Source: Candidatus Kaiserbacteria bacterium
GTDB taxonomy: Bacteria > Patescibacteriota > Minisyncoccia > Phycocordibacterales > UBA918
Reading direction: 5' to 3'
DNA length: 56,071 bases
Assembly: GCA_016204695.1 (NCBI GenBank)
Contig: JACQKD010000003.1
Location: 1 to 56,071, forward strand
In this document: in pieces, positions 1-8,707 of the stretch
Layout: every line of letters starts with the position of its first letter
Numbering within the stretch: position 1 is the first letter of the stretch
Position numbers and translations under genes: made by a program
The notes under the pieces: generated by a model
The model's database searches: none
What the model saw: only the letters and a program-made list of their open reading frames with translations
Told to the model about the DNA's origin: nothing

Positions 1-1086
1 GATATTGGTGTCTCCCACTCCGATACCGGTGGTGACGTATCCTCCTCCCACCACATGGAGGGCTTGGAGCGGTGCGGCGGTACCGATACCCACTCTGTTG
101 GTCTGGTAGTCGTATACCAGTCCGGTGGTCTCGACTGCGAGTCCTCCCGCGAAGGTGGAGGTGGCAGTGGTTGAGGTGGCGACGAGTGACGGAAGGTTGA
201 GTATGGGATAGAGGTATGAGTTCGTTGCGGCAAAGTTGGCGACTCCTTGGATGGACAAGAGAGAGCCGGGAGTGGTGGTGCCGATGCCGACGTTGCCGGA
301 GGCGTCTATCCTCACTCTCTCTGTTCCTCCCGTCGAGAAGTTCAGTATGTTTGCCGCAGATGACCACACACCCGTATCATTATCCATCTCGAAGGTGAAG
401 GCGGGAGCTCCCACGGTACCGCGGACTGATGCGGAGAAGTACGGAGCGGTGGTCGTCCCCGTCACGGTGAGGATGCCTCCCACATCAGCCGCTCCCGAGA
501 CCGAGAGGGTGAGCGTCTCCACTGCCTCGGCAAGTGCGGCCGCCAGTGGGTCGACATGGCTTGAGAGTGAATTGTATATGGCCTCTATCTGTCGTTCGTA
601 TGACTCCTGGGAGACGAAGTTGCCTCCTCCACCACCACTTCTCTCCACCACACGCTCGGTGAGGAGTTCTCTCACGGTCTCTTCCTTCACCACCATCACG
701 GGATTGGTGACGTTGGTGATGTATGAGATGTGGGGAGTGACGACCGTCTCTTCCTTGGGAGTGGTACTGCTACCGGAAGGGGAAACCGGAGAAGGTATCA
801 CTCGTTCCTCCTCAACAGGAACATCAACGACCGTCTCCGCTACCGCAGAGACATTGGCGGTGTTCTCCCCAAACGGACAGGAATCGAAGCCAAACCAGCT
901 GGTGACCCCGCAGAGGACGTTACCAACCTGCGGAATGGTGAAGGAATCGATGAAGGAAGAGGAGAAGGAAGAGAGGAAAGACGCGCGGGCGGGGAGAGGG
1001 AAAACCGAAAAGACCACTGCGAGTAGCACGGGAAACAGAACCCTTCGTGTCATGCCGTTGTGTTTAGGACTGTCTTTGTTATTCAT
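1..1086 (-). CDS. Secreted repeat-rich surface protein, N-terminal part (C-terminus runs off the window start)
   Basis: The minus-strand frame is open from the ATG at 1086-1084 down to position 1. It is absent from the ORF track because it has no stop in the window. Hand translation starts MNNKDSPKHNGMTRRVLFPVLLAVVFSVFPLPARA, which looks like a signal peptide. Later it contains RVRIDASGNVGIGTTTPGSLL and NRVGIGTAAPLQALHV repeats, typical of tail-fibre-like or large surface proteins. Confidence 0.55.
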   Translation of the reverse strand, partial: MNNKDSPKHNGMTRRVLFPVLLAVVFSVFPLPARASFLSSFSSSFIDSFTIPQVGNVLCGVTSWFGFDSCPFGENTANVSAVAETVVDVPVEEERVIPSPVSPSGSSTTPKEETVVTPHISYITNVTNPVMVVKEETVRELLTERVVERSGGGGGNFVSQESYERQIEAIYNSLSSHVDPLAAALAEAVETLTLSVSGAADVGGILTVTGTTTAPYFSASVRGTVGAPAFTFEMDNDTGVWSSAANILNFSTGGTERVRIDASGNVGIGTTTPGSLLSIQGVANFAATNSYLYPILNLPSLVATSTTATSTFAGGLAVETTGLVYDYQTNRVGIGTAAPLQALHVVGGGYVTTGIGVGDTNI

Positions 1087-1250
1087 GCAAACAAGGGCCT
1101 GACCATCGGAGGCAGGATTTAGCTCTATTTTATATGAAAATAGGCATTTCTGGTCGATGCAACCTGTGTATAGAAAAGTGCGATTGTCTCCATCAATCAA
1201 GCACCAAAAAACCCTGCGGCTCCGCCGAAAGGATCGACAGCTCGCCATAT

Positions 1251-2168
1251 CTACTCTGTTGTGCGGACCGGTACGGATACGGTCGTGGTGGTAGCGGTTG
1301 TTGAAGCGCTCCCCGTCTGCTCTATTTCGTCTTTTGATTCTTTTACAAATACTTTGTCGCCAAAACGTAAATCAATATATACAAATCCATCCGTAGATAT
1401 ATGCTTGAACTCATCAGAAGATAAGAGAGCGCCGAGGTTGCCGAGTACATCCCCTATGTCGGCGTCGCGTTTCAGGAGCAACTCCCCGCCTCCGCGCAAG
1501 CGATACCGCACGTCGCCATCCGGCGTCTCCACGATCGCAGATACGGAGAGGCCGTGCTTCTCGGCAAGCGCCGCGGCAAAGTCTCTCGTCGCTTTCATAT
1601 AGTCCGCCGGAGCGAGCATGGTCTGCACCTGCGGCTCCCGGCCTTCGGTGGCATATCGAAGCAATATCGCGCCTCGCAAGGACGGCGCCGGGGCAAACGC
1701 CCACCCTTCTTCGGTAACAAACAGACAATGACTGTCCCCCTCTACAGAATCTATGCTTTTGCACCAGAGCGCATACGGCATGTATTCGGTCACGATGACT
1801 GACAGCGCCGTCCCGGTGCGCTCGACAACGACATCCTGCACTCGCGTCACTTCTTTGGCCGCGGAGACGATGCTGTCATGCGGATAGGTATAGCTGAATC
1901 GCCGCGGGATCAGAAAAAAATAGCTCCCGTCGAGCGCGGACTGCACCTTGCGCTCGACCGCCGCGAGATCAACGGTCACTCCTCCTGTTACGGTAACCGT
2001 ACTGATGTTAAATGTGCGAAGACGGGTGCCGTATACGACACCTGCGGCTATCCCCGCACAGAGTAATCCCATGAGCATCATCCGACGCATGCGCCGCAGG
2101 CGCATGCGTCCGCGAGCTCGGCGGTCTCGAAAGGGCCCTTGCCTGTTTATAGTGCCCCATGCCGCCAT
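1251..2168 (-). CDS. ftsQ: FtsQ-like cell division protein (N-terminal TM anchor plus POTRA-type domain)
   Basis: A basic N-terminus is followed by the TM segment LMGLLCAGIAAGVVYG. Next comes FNISTVTVTGGVTVDLAAVERKVQSAL...YFFLIPRR...VVVERTGTALSVIVTEYMPYALW, which resembles the FtsQ/DivIB POTRA region. The gene sits directly downstream of serS on the same strand. Confidence 0.55.
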   Translation of the reverse strand: MAAWGTINRQGPFRDRRARGRMRLRRMRRMMLMGLLCAGIAAGVVYGTRLRTFNISTVTVTGGVTVDLAAVERKVQSALDGSYFFLIPRRFSYTYPHDSIVSAAKEVTRVQDVVVERTGTALSVIVTEYMPYALWCKSIDSVEGDSHCLFVTEEGWAFAPAPSLRGAILLRYATEGREPQVQTMLAPADYMKATRDFAAALAEKHGLSVSAIVETPDGDVRYRLRGGGELLLKRDADIGDVLGNLGALLSSDEFKHISTDGFVYIDLRFGDKVFVKESKDEIEQTGSASTTATTTTVSVPVRTTE

Positions 2169-2171
2169 AGG

Positions 2172-3449
2172 TCACTGCGCGCTACCTATTATCGATATCC
2201 CGCCCATGTACGGCACGAGTGCCTCCGGCACCTTGATCGAACCATCCTCTTGCTGATTGTTCTCGATAAGCGGGATAAGAAGACGCGGCGTTGCGGCGGC
2301 GGTGTTGTTGAGCGAATGGACGAACCGCAATGTGCCGTCGGCATCGCGATAACGAATGTTGAGCCGCCGCGTCTGAAAATCGTGGAAGTACGAAGCCGAA
2401 TGCGTTTCGCGATACGTCTTTTCGCTCGGCACCCACGCTTCGATATCGTACTTTTTCACTTGTCCGAGTCCGAGGTCGCCCGCACAATTGACGACGACAT
2501 GATACGGAATCTTCAATGCTTGCATGATCGACTCGGCATTTTCGAGCAATGCTTCATGGAAGGCCACCGACCGCTCGTGACTCGCTTCACACAGGATGAT
2601 TTGTTCGAATTTGAAAAATTCATGCACGCGCATGAGACCCTTCGTATCTTTGCCATGACTGCCCGCCTCGCGGCGAAAGCAGGGAGAGAAGCCGAGAAAT
2701 TTTATCGGCAGTGCGGAACGGTCGATGACCTCGTCCATGTAGTAGCCCATCGCGCCGACCTCCGCCGTACCCGCGAGGAAATCGCCGTCCTGTGTCTTGT
2801 AGAGGTCATCTTCACCTTGCGGCAGATACCCGGTACCGATGAACGGCTCGCGCCGCACCAAAGACGGTACAGTGAGCGGCACGAATGCCGGATCGCGTTT
2901 CTGTATGAAATCGAATACAAAATTCCAGATCGCAAAATTAAGCCGCACGCCCATCCCCTTGAGAAAATAGCCGCGGAAGCCGGAAACTTTCGCACCCCGC
3001 TCGAAGTCCGCCATGTCGTGAAGCTCTGCGAGCTCGATATGGCTTTTCGGCTCGAAGCCGAAGCGGGACTTTTCTCCCCATGTTCGCACCTCGGCGTTGT
3101 CCGCGTCGCTGTCACCCTCGGGTACCGAGATATCGGGAATGTTCGGCACCTGCACCATGACCTGCCGCCACTCGGTAAGTACGTCTTTCAATTCGTCCTC
3201 GGACTTTTGGATTTCTTCTTTCAGCGGCTTCATCCGCTCAATCAACGCCATGCGCGTCCCCGCGTCGGCAGTCGCAACTTCCTGCGACACTTTATTCTGC
3301 TCCGCTTTTTTCGCTTCAAGCTGTCCCGTAAGCTCACGCCGCTTTTCGTCGAGCGCCATGAGTGCGTCGAGGTCCACTTCGATATGTTTCTTTATCGCTC
3401 CCGCTTTGACGAGCTCAAGATTTTCCCGAATGAATTTAATATCCAACAT
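2172..3449 (-). CDS. serS: Seryl-tRNA synthetase
   Basis: MLDIKFIRENLELVKAGAIKKHIEVDLDALMALDEKRRELTGQLEAKKAEQNKVSQEV is the SerRS N-terminal coiled-coil arm, and a class II core follows. I trimmed the start to the internal ATG at 3449; the 504 aa track ORF carries an Arg/Ala-rich extension that is unlikely to be real. Confidence 0.93.
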   Translation of the reverse strand: MLDIKFIRENLELVKAGAIKKHIEVDLDALMALDEKRRELTGQLEAKKAEQNKVSQEVATADAGTRMALIERMKPLKEEIQKSEDELKDVLTEWRQVMVQVPNIPDISVPEGDSDADNAEVRTWGEKSRFGFEPKSHIELAELHDMADFERGAKVSGFRGYFLKGMGVRLNFAIWNFVFDFIQKRDPAFVPLTVPSLVRREPFIGTGYLPQGEDDLYKTQDGDFLAGTAEVGAMGYYMDEVIDRSALPIKFLGFSPCFRREAGSHGKDTKGLMRVHEFFKFEQIILCEASHERSVAFHEALLENAESIMQALKIPYHVVVNCAGDLGLGQVKKYDIEAWVPSEKTYRETHSASYFHDFQTRRLNIRYRDADGTLRFVHSLNNTAAATPRLLIPLIENNQQEDGSIKVPEALVPYMGGISIIGSAQ

Positions 3450-3481
3450 ATGTAGTGCAAATATATCATATACTATAGTCA

Positions 3482-4372
3482 ATGCAGTACCCGCTCTATG
3501 AAATAGCGAAGGACCGGTTTCCCGGCGCGCTTGCGGAGATTCCGGACAAGCCGAAGATGTTGTATGTGCGCGGAGCGTTGCCGCCCGCCGAGCACAAGCT
3601 CCTGGCTGTCGTCGGCTCGCGCAAGTACAGCACCTACGGCAAGCAGGCGGTGGAGCTTGTGCTCGGCGGGCTTTCCGGCTACCCAATCACCATTATTTCC
3701 GGACTTGCCATCGGCATTGACTGTCTTGCGCACCGCGCGGCGCTTGACCACACACTCAACACTATCGCCGTCCCCGGTTCCGGTCTCGCCGAGAGTGTGC
3801 TCTATCCGGCGCAAAACCGCGCTCTCGCGCACGAGATACTTGCAAGCGGCGGCGGACTCATCTCCGAGTTTGAGCCGGACTTCCGCGCGACTGACTGGTC
3901 GTTCCCCCAGCGCAACCGCATCATGGCCGGTATGGCGGACGCGGTGCTCGTCATTGAAGCGACGTTGAAATCCGGCACGCTCATTACGTCGCGCCTCGCG
4001 ACCGACTACAACCGCGACGTGCTCACCGTCCCCGGCTCCATTTTTTCACAAAATAGCGACGGCCCGCACATGCTCATCAAACTTGGCGCAACACCGGTCA
4101 CATCCGCCGAAGACGTCATCTTCGCCCTCGGTCTGAAACCGCATGAATCACCCGCACTTGAAGACATGAATCTGACGCCACAGGAAAAGAATCTTTTGGA
4201 ACTCTTGTCCTCACCCCGCTCCCAAGACGAGCTCATCCGCCACCTCGCGCTGTCTCACTCCCTTGCCGCCCCCGAAGCCAACGCCCTCATCATGACACTC
4301 GAACTCCAAGGCCATATCTCAAAATCAAACGGCACCTTTATTCGCAGACGGACAGCACCATCTACCTATTGA
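3482..4372 (+). CDS. dprA: DNA processing protein DprA/Smf
   Basis: VVGSRKYSTYGKQAVELV...ISGLAIGIDCLAHRAAL...FEPDFRATDWSFPQRNRIMAGMADAVLVIEATLKSGTLITSRLATDYNRDVLTVPGS matches the DprA Rossmann-like core. Confidence 0.9.
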   Translation: MQYPLYEIAKDRFPGALAEIPDKPKMLYVRGALPPAEHKLLAVVGSRKYSTYGKQAVELVLGGLSGYPITIISGLAIGIDCLAHRAALDHTLNTIAVPGSGLAESVLYPAQNRALAHEILASGGGLISEFEPDFRATDWSFPQRNRIMAGMADAVLVIEATLKSGTLITSRLATDYNRDVLTVPGSIFSQNSDGPHMLIKLGATPVTSAEDVIFALGLKPHESPALEDMNLTPQEKNLLELLSSPRSQDELIRHLALSHSLAAPEANALIMTLELQGHISKSNGTFIRRRTAPSTY

Positions 4373-4450
4373 CCGATAGGTCTGTTGTGTTCTAGTGTAC
4401 GACACAGTGAACGTGTGCGCACTAAAAAACCCTGTAGTGGAGAGCAGTCA

Positions 4451-4798
4451 ATGAAGAAGGGGCACAGAAAGGTTGAAAAAGAAGAAATCGTATCTAAAAT
4501 ACGCGAATTAAAACCAAAGGGGTGGTCAGACAGGGCGATTGCTACCGAACTTAAAGTGAAGATCGGTAAAATTGCCCGGTGTCGTAAGCAACTTCAAATC
4601 AAACGTGGAAATCTGTTCCCCCGACATTTCACAGAAACATACGGGGATGATGCGTTCACTCAACTACAGTCCATGGTTGAGAGCGGCGCAACGGGTGAAG
4701 AGATTGCCAAATGCTTTGGCTTTACTCGCCAAAACGCCTCTTTGGTAAAAATGAAATTGTTTGCATGGAGTTGGGAAACCACAAAAACTAAAACGTAG
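4451..4798 (+). CDS. Hypothetical small protein with two helix-turn-helix-like segments
   Basis: The start at MKKGH has a GGAGAG Shine-Dalgarno upstream. GWSDRAIATELKVKIGKIARCRK and GATGEEIAKCFGFTRQNASLVKMKL look like HTH units. The gene is visibly lower in GC than the flanking dprA and topA. I recognise no family confidently. Confidence 0.45.
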   Translation: MKKGHRKVEKEEIVSKIRELKPKGWSDRAIATELKVKIGKIARCRKQLQIKRGNLFPRHFTETYGDDAFTQLQSMVESGATGEEIAKCFGFTRQNASLVKMKLFAWSWETTKTKT

Positions 4799-4896
4799 TC
4801 CCGCCTGAAAGAGCTCTCTCATGAAGCTCCATCATGCGGGACTCTTTCGTTTCAAAATTTGACAGCATCCTGCTTTCCTAGTATTTGTTGGGTTCT

Positions 4897-7152
4897 ATGA
4901 GCACGCTCGTGATTGTGGAGTCTCCCGCGAAAGCGAAGACGATAGAAAAATATCTCGGCAGTGAGTATCGCGTGCGAGCGTCGGTCGGGCATGTGCGCGA
5001 CCTCCCGAAGTCGAACAAAGATGCCGTGGATATCGCGGGCGGTTTCGTGCCGCATTATGTTGTGTCAGAAGGAAAGCAGAAGATAATCACCGAGCTTCGC
5101 AAAGAAGCGAAAAAAGCCGATGCGGTCCTGCTCGCGACCGACCCCGACCGCGAGGGCGAGGCTATCGCTTGGCACATCGCCGAGCTTATCAAAAAAGACA
5201 ATAAGAACATCAAACGCGTCGCCTTTCACGAGATCACCGAGTCGGCGGTGACGGAGGCAATCAAGCACCCGCGCGAGATTGACCAGCATTTGCGGTCTGC
5301 GCAGGAAGCGCGTCGTGTGCTCGACCGGCTCGTCGGCTACGACCTCTCCGGGCTCATCTGGAAGAAAGTGCGATACGGACTTTCGGCCGGCCGCGTGCAG
5401 TCTCCCGCGCTTCGCATCCTTATGGAGCGCGAGCGCGAGATACGCGCGTTCAAACCGGAAGATTTTTGGACGATTACGGCCGAGACTGAAACGAAGAAGA
5501 AAGAGAAACTTTCGCTCACTTGCGTGGAAGAGCCGCGCGATGAAGAGGCGGTGAAAGATATCGTCGCGAAGGGTACGGATGCGGGAAAGAAGGGAGCGTG
5601 GGTGGTGACGGATGTAAAGGAGACGGAGATGAAGCGTGCGCCGCGCCCCCCGTTTACGACCTCCACGCTCCAGCAGACCGCCTCCACCCGTCTCGTCTTC
5701 TCGCCCTCGCGCACCATGGGCGCGGCGCAAAAGCTCTACGAAGCCGGCCTCATCACCTACATGCGCACCGACAGTGTGTCCATGAGTTCGGTCGCAGAGA
5801 AGCAAATCCTTGCGCTCGTCCACAGCGAGCACGGGGAACAATACGTCCAACCCCGCAGTTACAAAACAAAGAGCAAGTCCGCGCAGGAGGCGCACGAGGC
5901 CATTCGCCCGACCAACTTCGCAAAGCGCACTGCGGGCGCGACCGACGACCAGAAGAAACTCTACGCGCTCATCTTTGAACGCGCGGTCTCTTCGCAAATG
6001 GCGGACGCGCGCCTCCTGCGCACGAAAATCACCGCAAACATCACAGACAAAAGCATTCCCGATTTCACCGCAAACGGCTCCCGAGTCATGTTCGACGGCT
6101 GGCTCAAAGTGGATTACCGAGCGAGAGGGGAAGACGTCGAAGTGCCAAACGTTTCCGCACAAGACCCGCTCGCGTTGCTTTCAATCGAATCCTTCGCCAA
6201 ACAAACCCAGCCGCCTTCGCGGTACAGCGAAGCTGGTCTTATCAAAGAGCTTGAACAGCGTGGCATCGGCCGTCCGTCCACGTACGCCTCCATCATCAAG
6301 ACCATTGTTGACCGCGAGTATGTGACGAAAGAAGGCCGGACGCTCATCCCGACCGACACCGGCGATGTCGTCTCAAGCTTCCTCGAAGACAATTTCGCCG
6401 GATACATTAGCGACACATTTACGAGCGAGATGGAGGACGAGCTCGACGACATCGCCGCCGGCACGCGCGAATACGAAAAAACGCTTAAAGATTTTTATAC
6501 GCCGTTCACCAAGGACGTCGCGTCGAAAGAAACGATTGATAAGCTCACCACGCTCGGCGACGCGCCGAAGGAATTTCCCTGCCCGAAATGCGGAAAGGAT
6601 ATGGTGGTCAAGCTCGGCCGTGGCGGGAAATTTCTCTCCTGCTCCGACTTCCCCGCCTGCATGGGCGCGCGCATGAACGACGGGAGCGAGCTCAAGAGCG
6701 ATGAACCGCTCGGCAAACACCCCGAAACTGGCGAAGATATTTTCATCATGAACGGCCGATTCGGTCCGTATGTGCAACTAGGCAAGACACCGGAAAAAGT
6801 GAAACGGGGACGAAAAGGGAAAAAAGACAGCGCCGCCAAAGGCGAAAGCAATGTCGGCAACGGGACGGCCTCGCCCCGAAGGGCGAGCATCCCCAAAGGC
6901 AAGAAGCCGGAAGAAGTGACAGTCGAAGATGCCGTGCGCTATCTCGCGCTCCCCCGCATCCTCGGCCGGCACCCCGAAACCGGAGAAGATATCACCGCAA
7001 GCATCGGCCGTTTCGGTCCCTTCATCGTCCACCAAAAGGACTTCCGCTCGCTCAAAGGCGCCGACAACCCCTACGACATCACGCTCCCTCGCGCCCTCGA
7101 AATCCTCAAAGAAGAAAAGAAAACCAGAGGCAAACGTCCGGCCAAAAAATAG
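4897..7152 (+). CDS. topA: DNA topoisomerase I
   Basis: The Toprim start is MSTLVIVESPAKAKTIEKYLG, and DPDREGEAIAWH and LITYMRTDS (active-site Tyr region) are present. The C-terminus has zinc-ribbon motifs (CPKCGKDMVVKLGRGGKFLSCSDFPAC) and a Lys-rich tail. Confidence 0.95.
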   Translation: MSTLVIVESPAKAKTIEKYLGSEYRVRASVGHVRDLPKSNKDAVDIAGGFVPHYVVSEGKQKIITELRKEAKKADAVLLATDPDREGEAIAWHIAELIKKDNKNIKRVAFHEITESAVTEAIKHPREIDQHLRSAQEARRVLDRLVGYDLSGLIWKKVRYGLSAGRVQSPALRILMEREREIRAFKPEDFWTITAETETKKKEKLSLTCVEEPRDEEAVKDIVAKGTDAGKKGAWVVTDVKETEMKRAPRPPFTTSTLQQTASTRLVFSPSRTMGAAQKLYEAGLITYMRTDSVSMSSVAEKQILALVHSEHGEQYVQPRSYKTKSKSAQEAHEAIRPTNFAKRTAGATDDQKKLYALIFERAVSSQMADARLLRTKITANITDKSIPDFTANGSRVMFDGWLKVDYRARGEDVEVPNVSAQDPLALLSIESFAKQTQPPSRYSEAGLIKELEQRGIGRPSTYASIIKTIVDREYVTKEGRTLIPTDTGDVVSSFLEDNFAGYISDTFTSEMEDELDDIAAGTREYEKTLKDFYTPFTKDVASKETIDKLTTLGDAPKEFPCPKCGKDMVVKLGRGGKFLSCSDFPACMGARMNDGSELKSDEPLGKHPETGEDIFIMNGRFGPYVQLGKTPEKVKRGRKGKKDSAAKGESNVGNGTASPRRASIPKGKKPEEVTVEDAVRYLALPRILGRHPETGEDITASIGRFGPFIVHQKDFRSLKGADNPYDITLPRALEILKEEKKTRGKRPAKK

Positions 7153-7190
7153 CGTCCGGCGTATTTTGTCCGGCGGTTTCCCGTGTCTTC

Positions 7191-7218
7191 TTGACGGACA
7201 TACAGAATCGTGTATAAA
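7191..7218 (+). promoter_or_regulatory. Sigma70-like promoter (TTGACG, 16 nt spacer, TATAAA)
   Basis: TTGACG lies at 7191-7196 and TATAAA at 7213-7218, preceded by TG. The predicted transcription start falls at or just before the ATG at 7226. Confidence 0.4.
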
Positions 7219-7225
7219 CAATTTT

Positions 7226-7342
7226 ATGGATCGCAATTATCGCAAGCCGAATACGGAGCGTATGACCCGGGGCTACGAGGGGCTTATTTCCTTCGTGTGT
7301 GCTTTCACGCTTATGTTCGGCCGCGATATGTCTATTGTATAA
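7226..7342 (+). CDS. Candidate leaderless 38 aa micro-ORF (possible leader peptide)
   Basis: It encodes MDRNYRKPNTERMTRGYEGLISFVCAFTLMFGRDMSIV. There is no SD sequence, but the start sits about 8 nt after the -10 box. A stem-loop with a T-run follows at 7373-7400, immediately upstream of the MFS gene. Confidence 0.3.
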   Translation: MDRNYRKPNTERMTRGYEGLISFVCAFTLMFGRDMSIV

Positions 7343-7372
7343 ACTCCTCCACCTAATACATGTAGAAGAATT

Positions 7373-7400
7373 CCGGCTGAACGAAAGCCGGTTTTTGTTT
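7373..7400 (+). terminator. Rho-independent terminator or attenuator hairpin
   Basis: The structure is ccggct-gaacgaa-agccgg followed by tttttgttt. Confidence 0.55.
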
Positions 7401-7446
7401 TCGTTTGGCGCTGTCCTTTCACATACACCCACACAAGGAGGTTCCG

Positions 7447-8628
7447 ATGATCGAGACAACGATCCGCCAGTATTTCGTCCTCACCGCCCTATCGAGGTTC
7501 GGCGTCGGCTTCATCATGGCCATCTACACGATGTACCTAATGGAGAAAGGCCTGACGTTGTTCGAAGTCAACTTGGTGAACTGCGCCTATTTCGCGACAT
7601 TGTTCATATGCGAAATACCCACGGGCGCGATCGCCGATGTCTTCGGGAGAAAGATGTCGTATGTCCTATCATGCGTGCTCTACGGCATCGGCATGCTCGT
7701 ATACGGAATATCAGACTCTTTTTTCGGCTTTATTGCCGCAGAAATGATCTGTGCGGTCGGCTCGACATGCGCCACCGGCGCATTCCAAGGATGGTTCGTA
7801 TCATCTCTTCGCCATTATGGCTACACGGGTAGGACGACCCGCCTTCTGTCGAGAGAGCACATGATCGGCCAAGCGGCAAGTATCGCAGGGGCGGTGATGG
7901 GACCGTTTCTCCTTGGTATATCAGCCGGCCTGCCGTGGATAGTAGGCGGGATGATACATCTGGTCGCCGCCGTGCTCTCGACCTACTGGATGAAAGAGGA
8001 GTACTTCACGCGCGGCACATTGTCTCTCCGAGACCGCCTTCTCAAAATGAAAGCGGTAACTCGTACGAGTATGCGCTATGTCCGCAGTGAGCAGAACTTT
8101 CGTTTCGTCATATGTCTCGGCATAGCGCAACTCATTGCGATCAAAAGCCCGGATATGCAATGGCAACCATTCTTCTCGACAGCGTTCGGTACTCCCGCAC
8201 TGCTGGGAATACTGTGGGCCGGCATAATCGCCGCGAGCATAGCGGGTGCGTGGTTGGCACCGTGCTTTCTCTCGCTTGTGCATGGAAACGAGCGATGGGC
8301 TCTTGTGGTTGCCAACATCGGTATCGGCGTAGGTATCGTCGCGACAATACTCTTTAATCTTCCGTTCGGACTCGCCGCGTTTCTGCTCCACGAGGCGGCT
8401 CGGGGACTATGGAAGCCTTTGAAGGACTCCTATCTCCAAGACACCATGCCGGACGCGGAACGAGCGACCATCGCATCGTTCGAGTCTATGTTTACACATC
8501 ATCTCGGCGGACTGCTTGGTCTCCTTCTCGGCGGACTGCTGGTCAAGTACACCAGTATTCCAACAACATGGACCGTCGTGAGTGTCGTACTTATCGCCGC
8601 GACACTCACGGTCGCGCGCAAACGGTAG
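7447..8628 (+). CDS. MFS transporter
   Basis: An AAGGAGG Shine-Dalgarno lies 5 nt upstream of the ATG at 7447. The protein has multiple TM helices and the GAIADVFGRKMS motif (MFS loop 2-3 signature). Confidence 0.85.
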   Translation: MIETTIRQYFVLTALSRFGVGFIMAIYTMYLMEKGLTLFEVNLVNCAYFATLFICEIPTGAIADVFGRKMSYVLSCVLYGIGMLVYGISDSFFGFIAAEMICAVGSTCATGAFQGWFVSSLRHYGYTGRTTRLLSREHMIGQAASIAGAVMGPFLLGISAGLPWIVGGMIHLVAAVLSTYWMKEEYFTRGTLSLRDRLLKMKAVTRTSMRYVRSEQNFRFVICLGIAQLIAIKSPDMQWQPFFSTAFGTPALLGILWAGIIAASIAGAWLAPCFLSLVHGNERWALVVANIGIGVGIVATILFNLPFGLAAFLLHEAARGLWKPLKDSYLQDTMPDAERATIASFESMFTHHLGGLLGLLLGGLLVKYTSIPTTWTVVSVVLIAATLTVARKR

Positions 8629-8639
8629 AAGTAACCGTG

Positions 8640-8667
8640 GTGGCATACGCATGTATGCCACTTTTTT
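8640..8667 (+). terminator. Rho-independent terminator
   Basis: The structure is gtggcatac-gcat-gtatgccac followed by tttttt. Confidence 0.75.
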
Positions 8668-8707
8668 GCGTCTTGCTTTGTAAAAATGCAGGGTCTAGAA
8701 TGGAAAG

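Noticed and set aside
236-1102. 288 aa plus-strand ORF, with the nested ORFs 216-398 and 730-1026
   Set aside because: It is antisense to a better minus-strand frame that has a signal peptide and repeat motifs. The plus-strand product is low-complexity Ser/Thr/Pro/Val with no start context.
2172-3686. Full-length 504 aa version of the serS ORF. Similar N-terminal over-extensions occur at 21580-23358 (592 aa), 36440-37471 (343 aa), 39991-40953 (320 aa), 18759-21524 and 42822-44090.
   Set aside because: In each case the family-typical N-terminus begins at an internal ATG. The extension is Arg/Cys/Ser-rich, overlaps a neighbouring gene or the opposite-strand gene, and has no homology logic.
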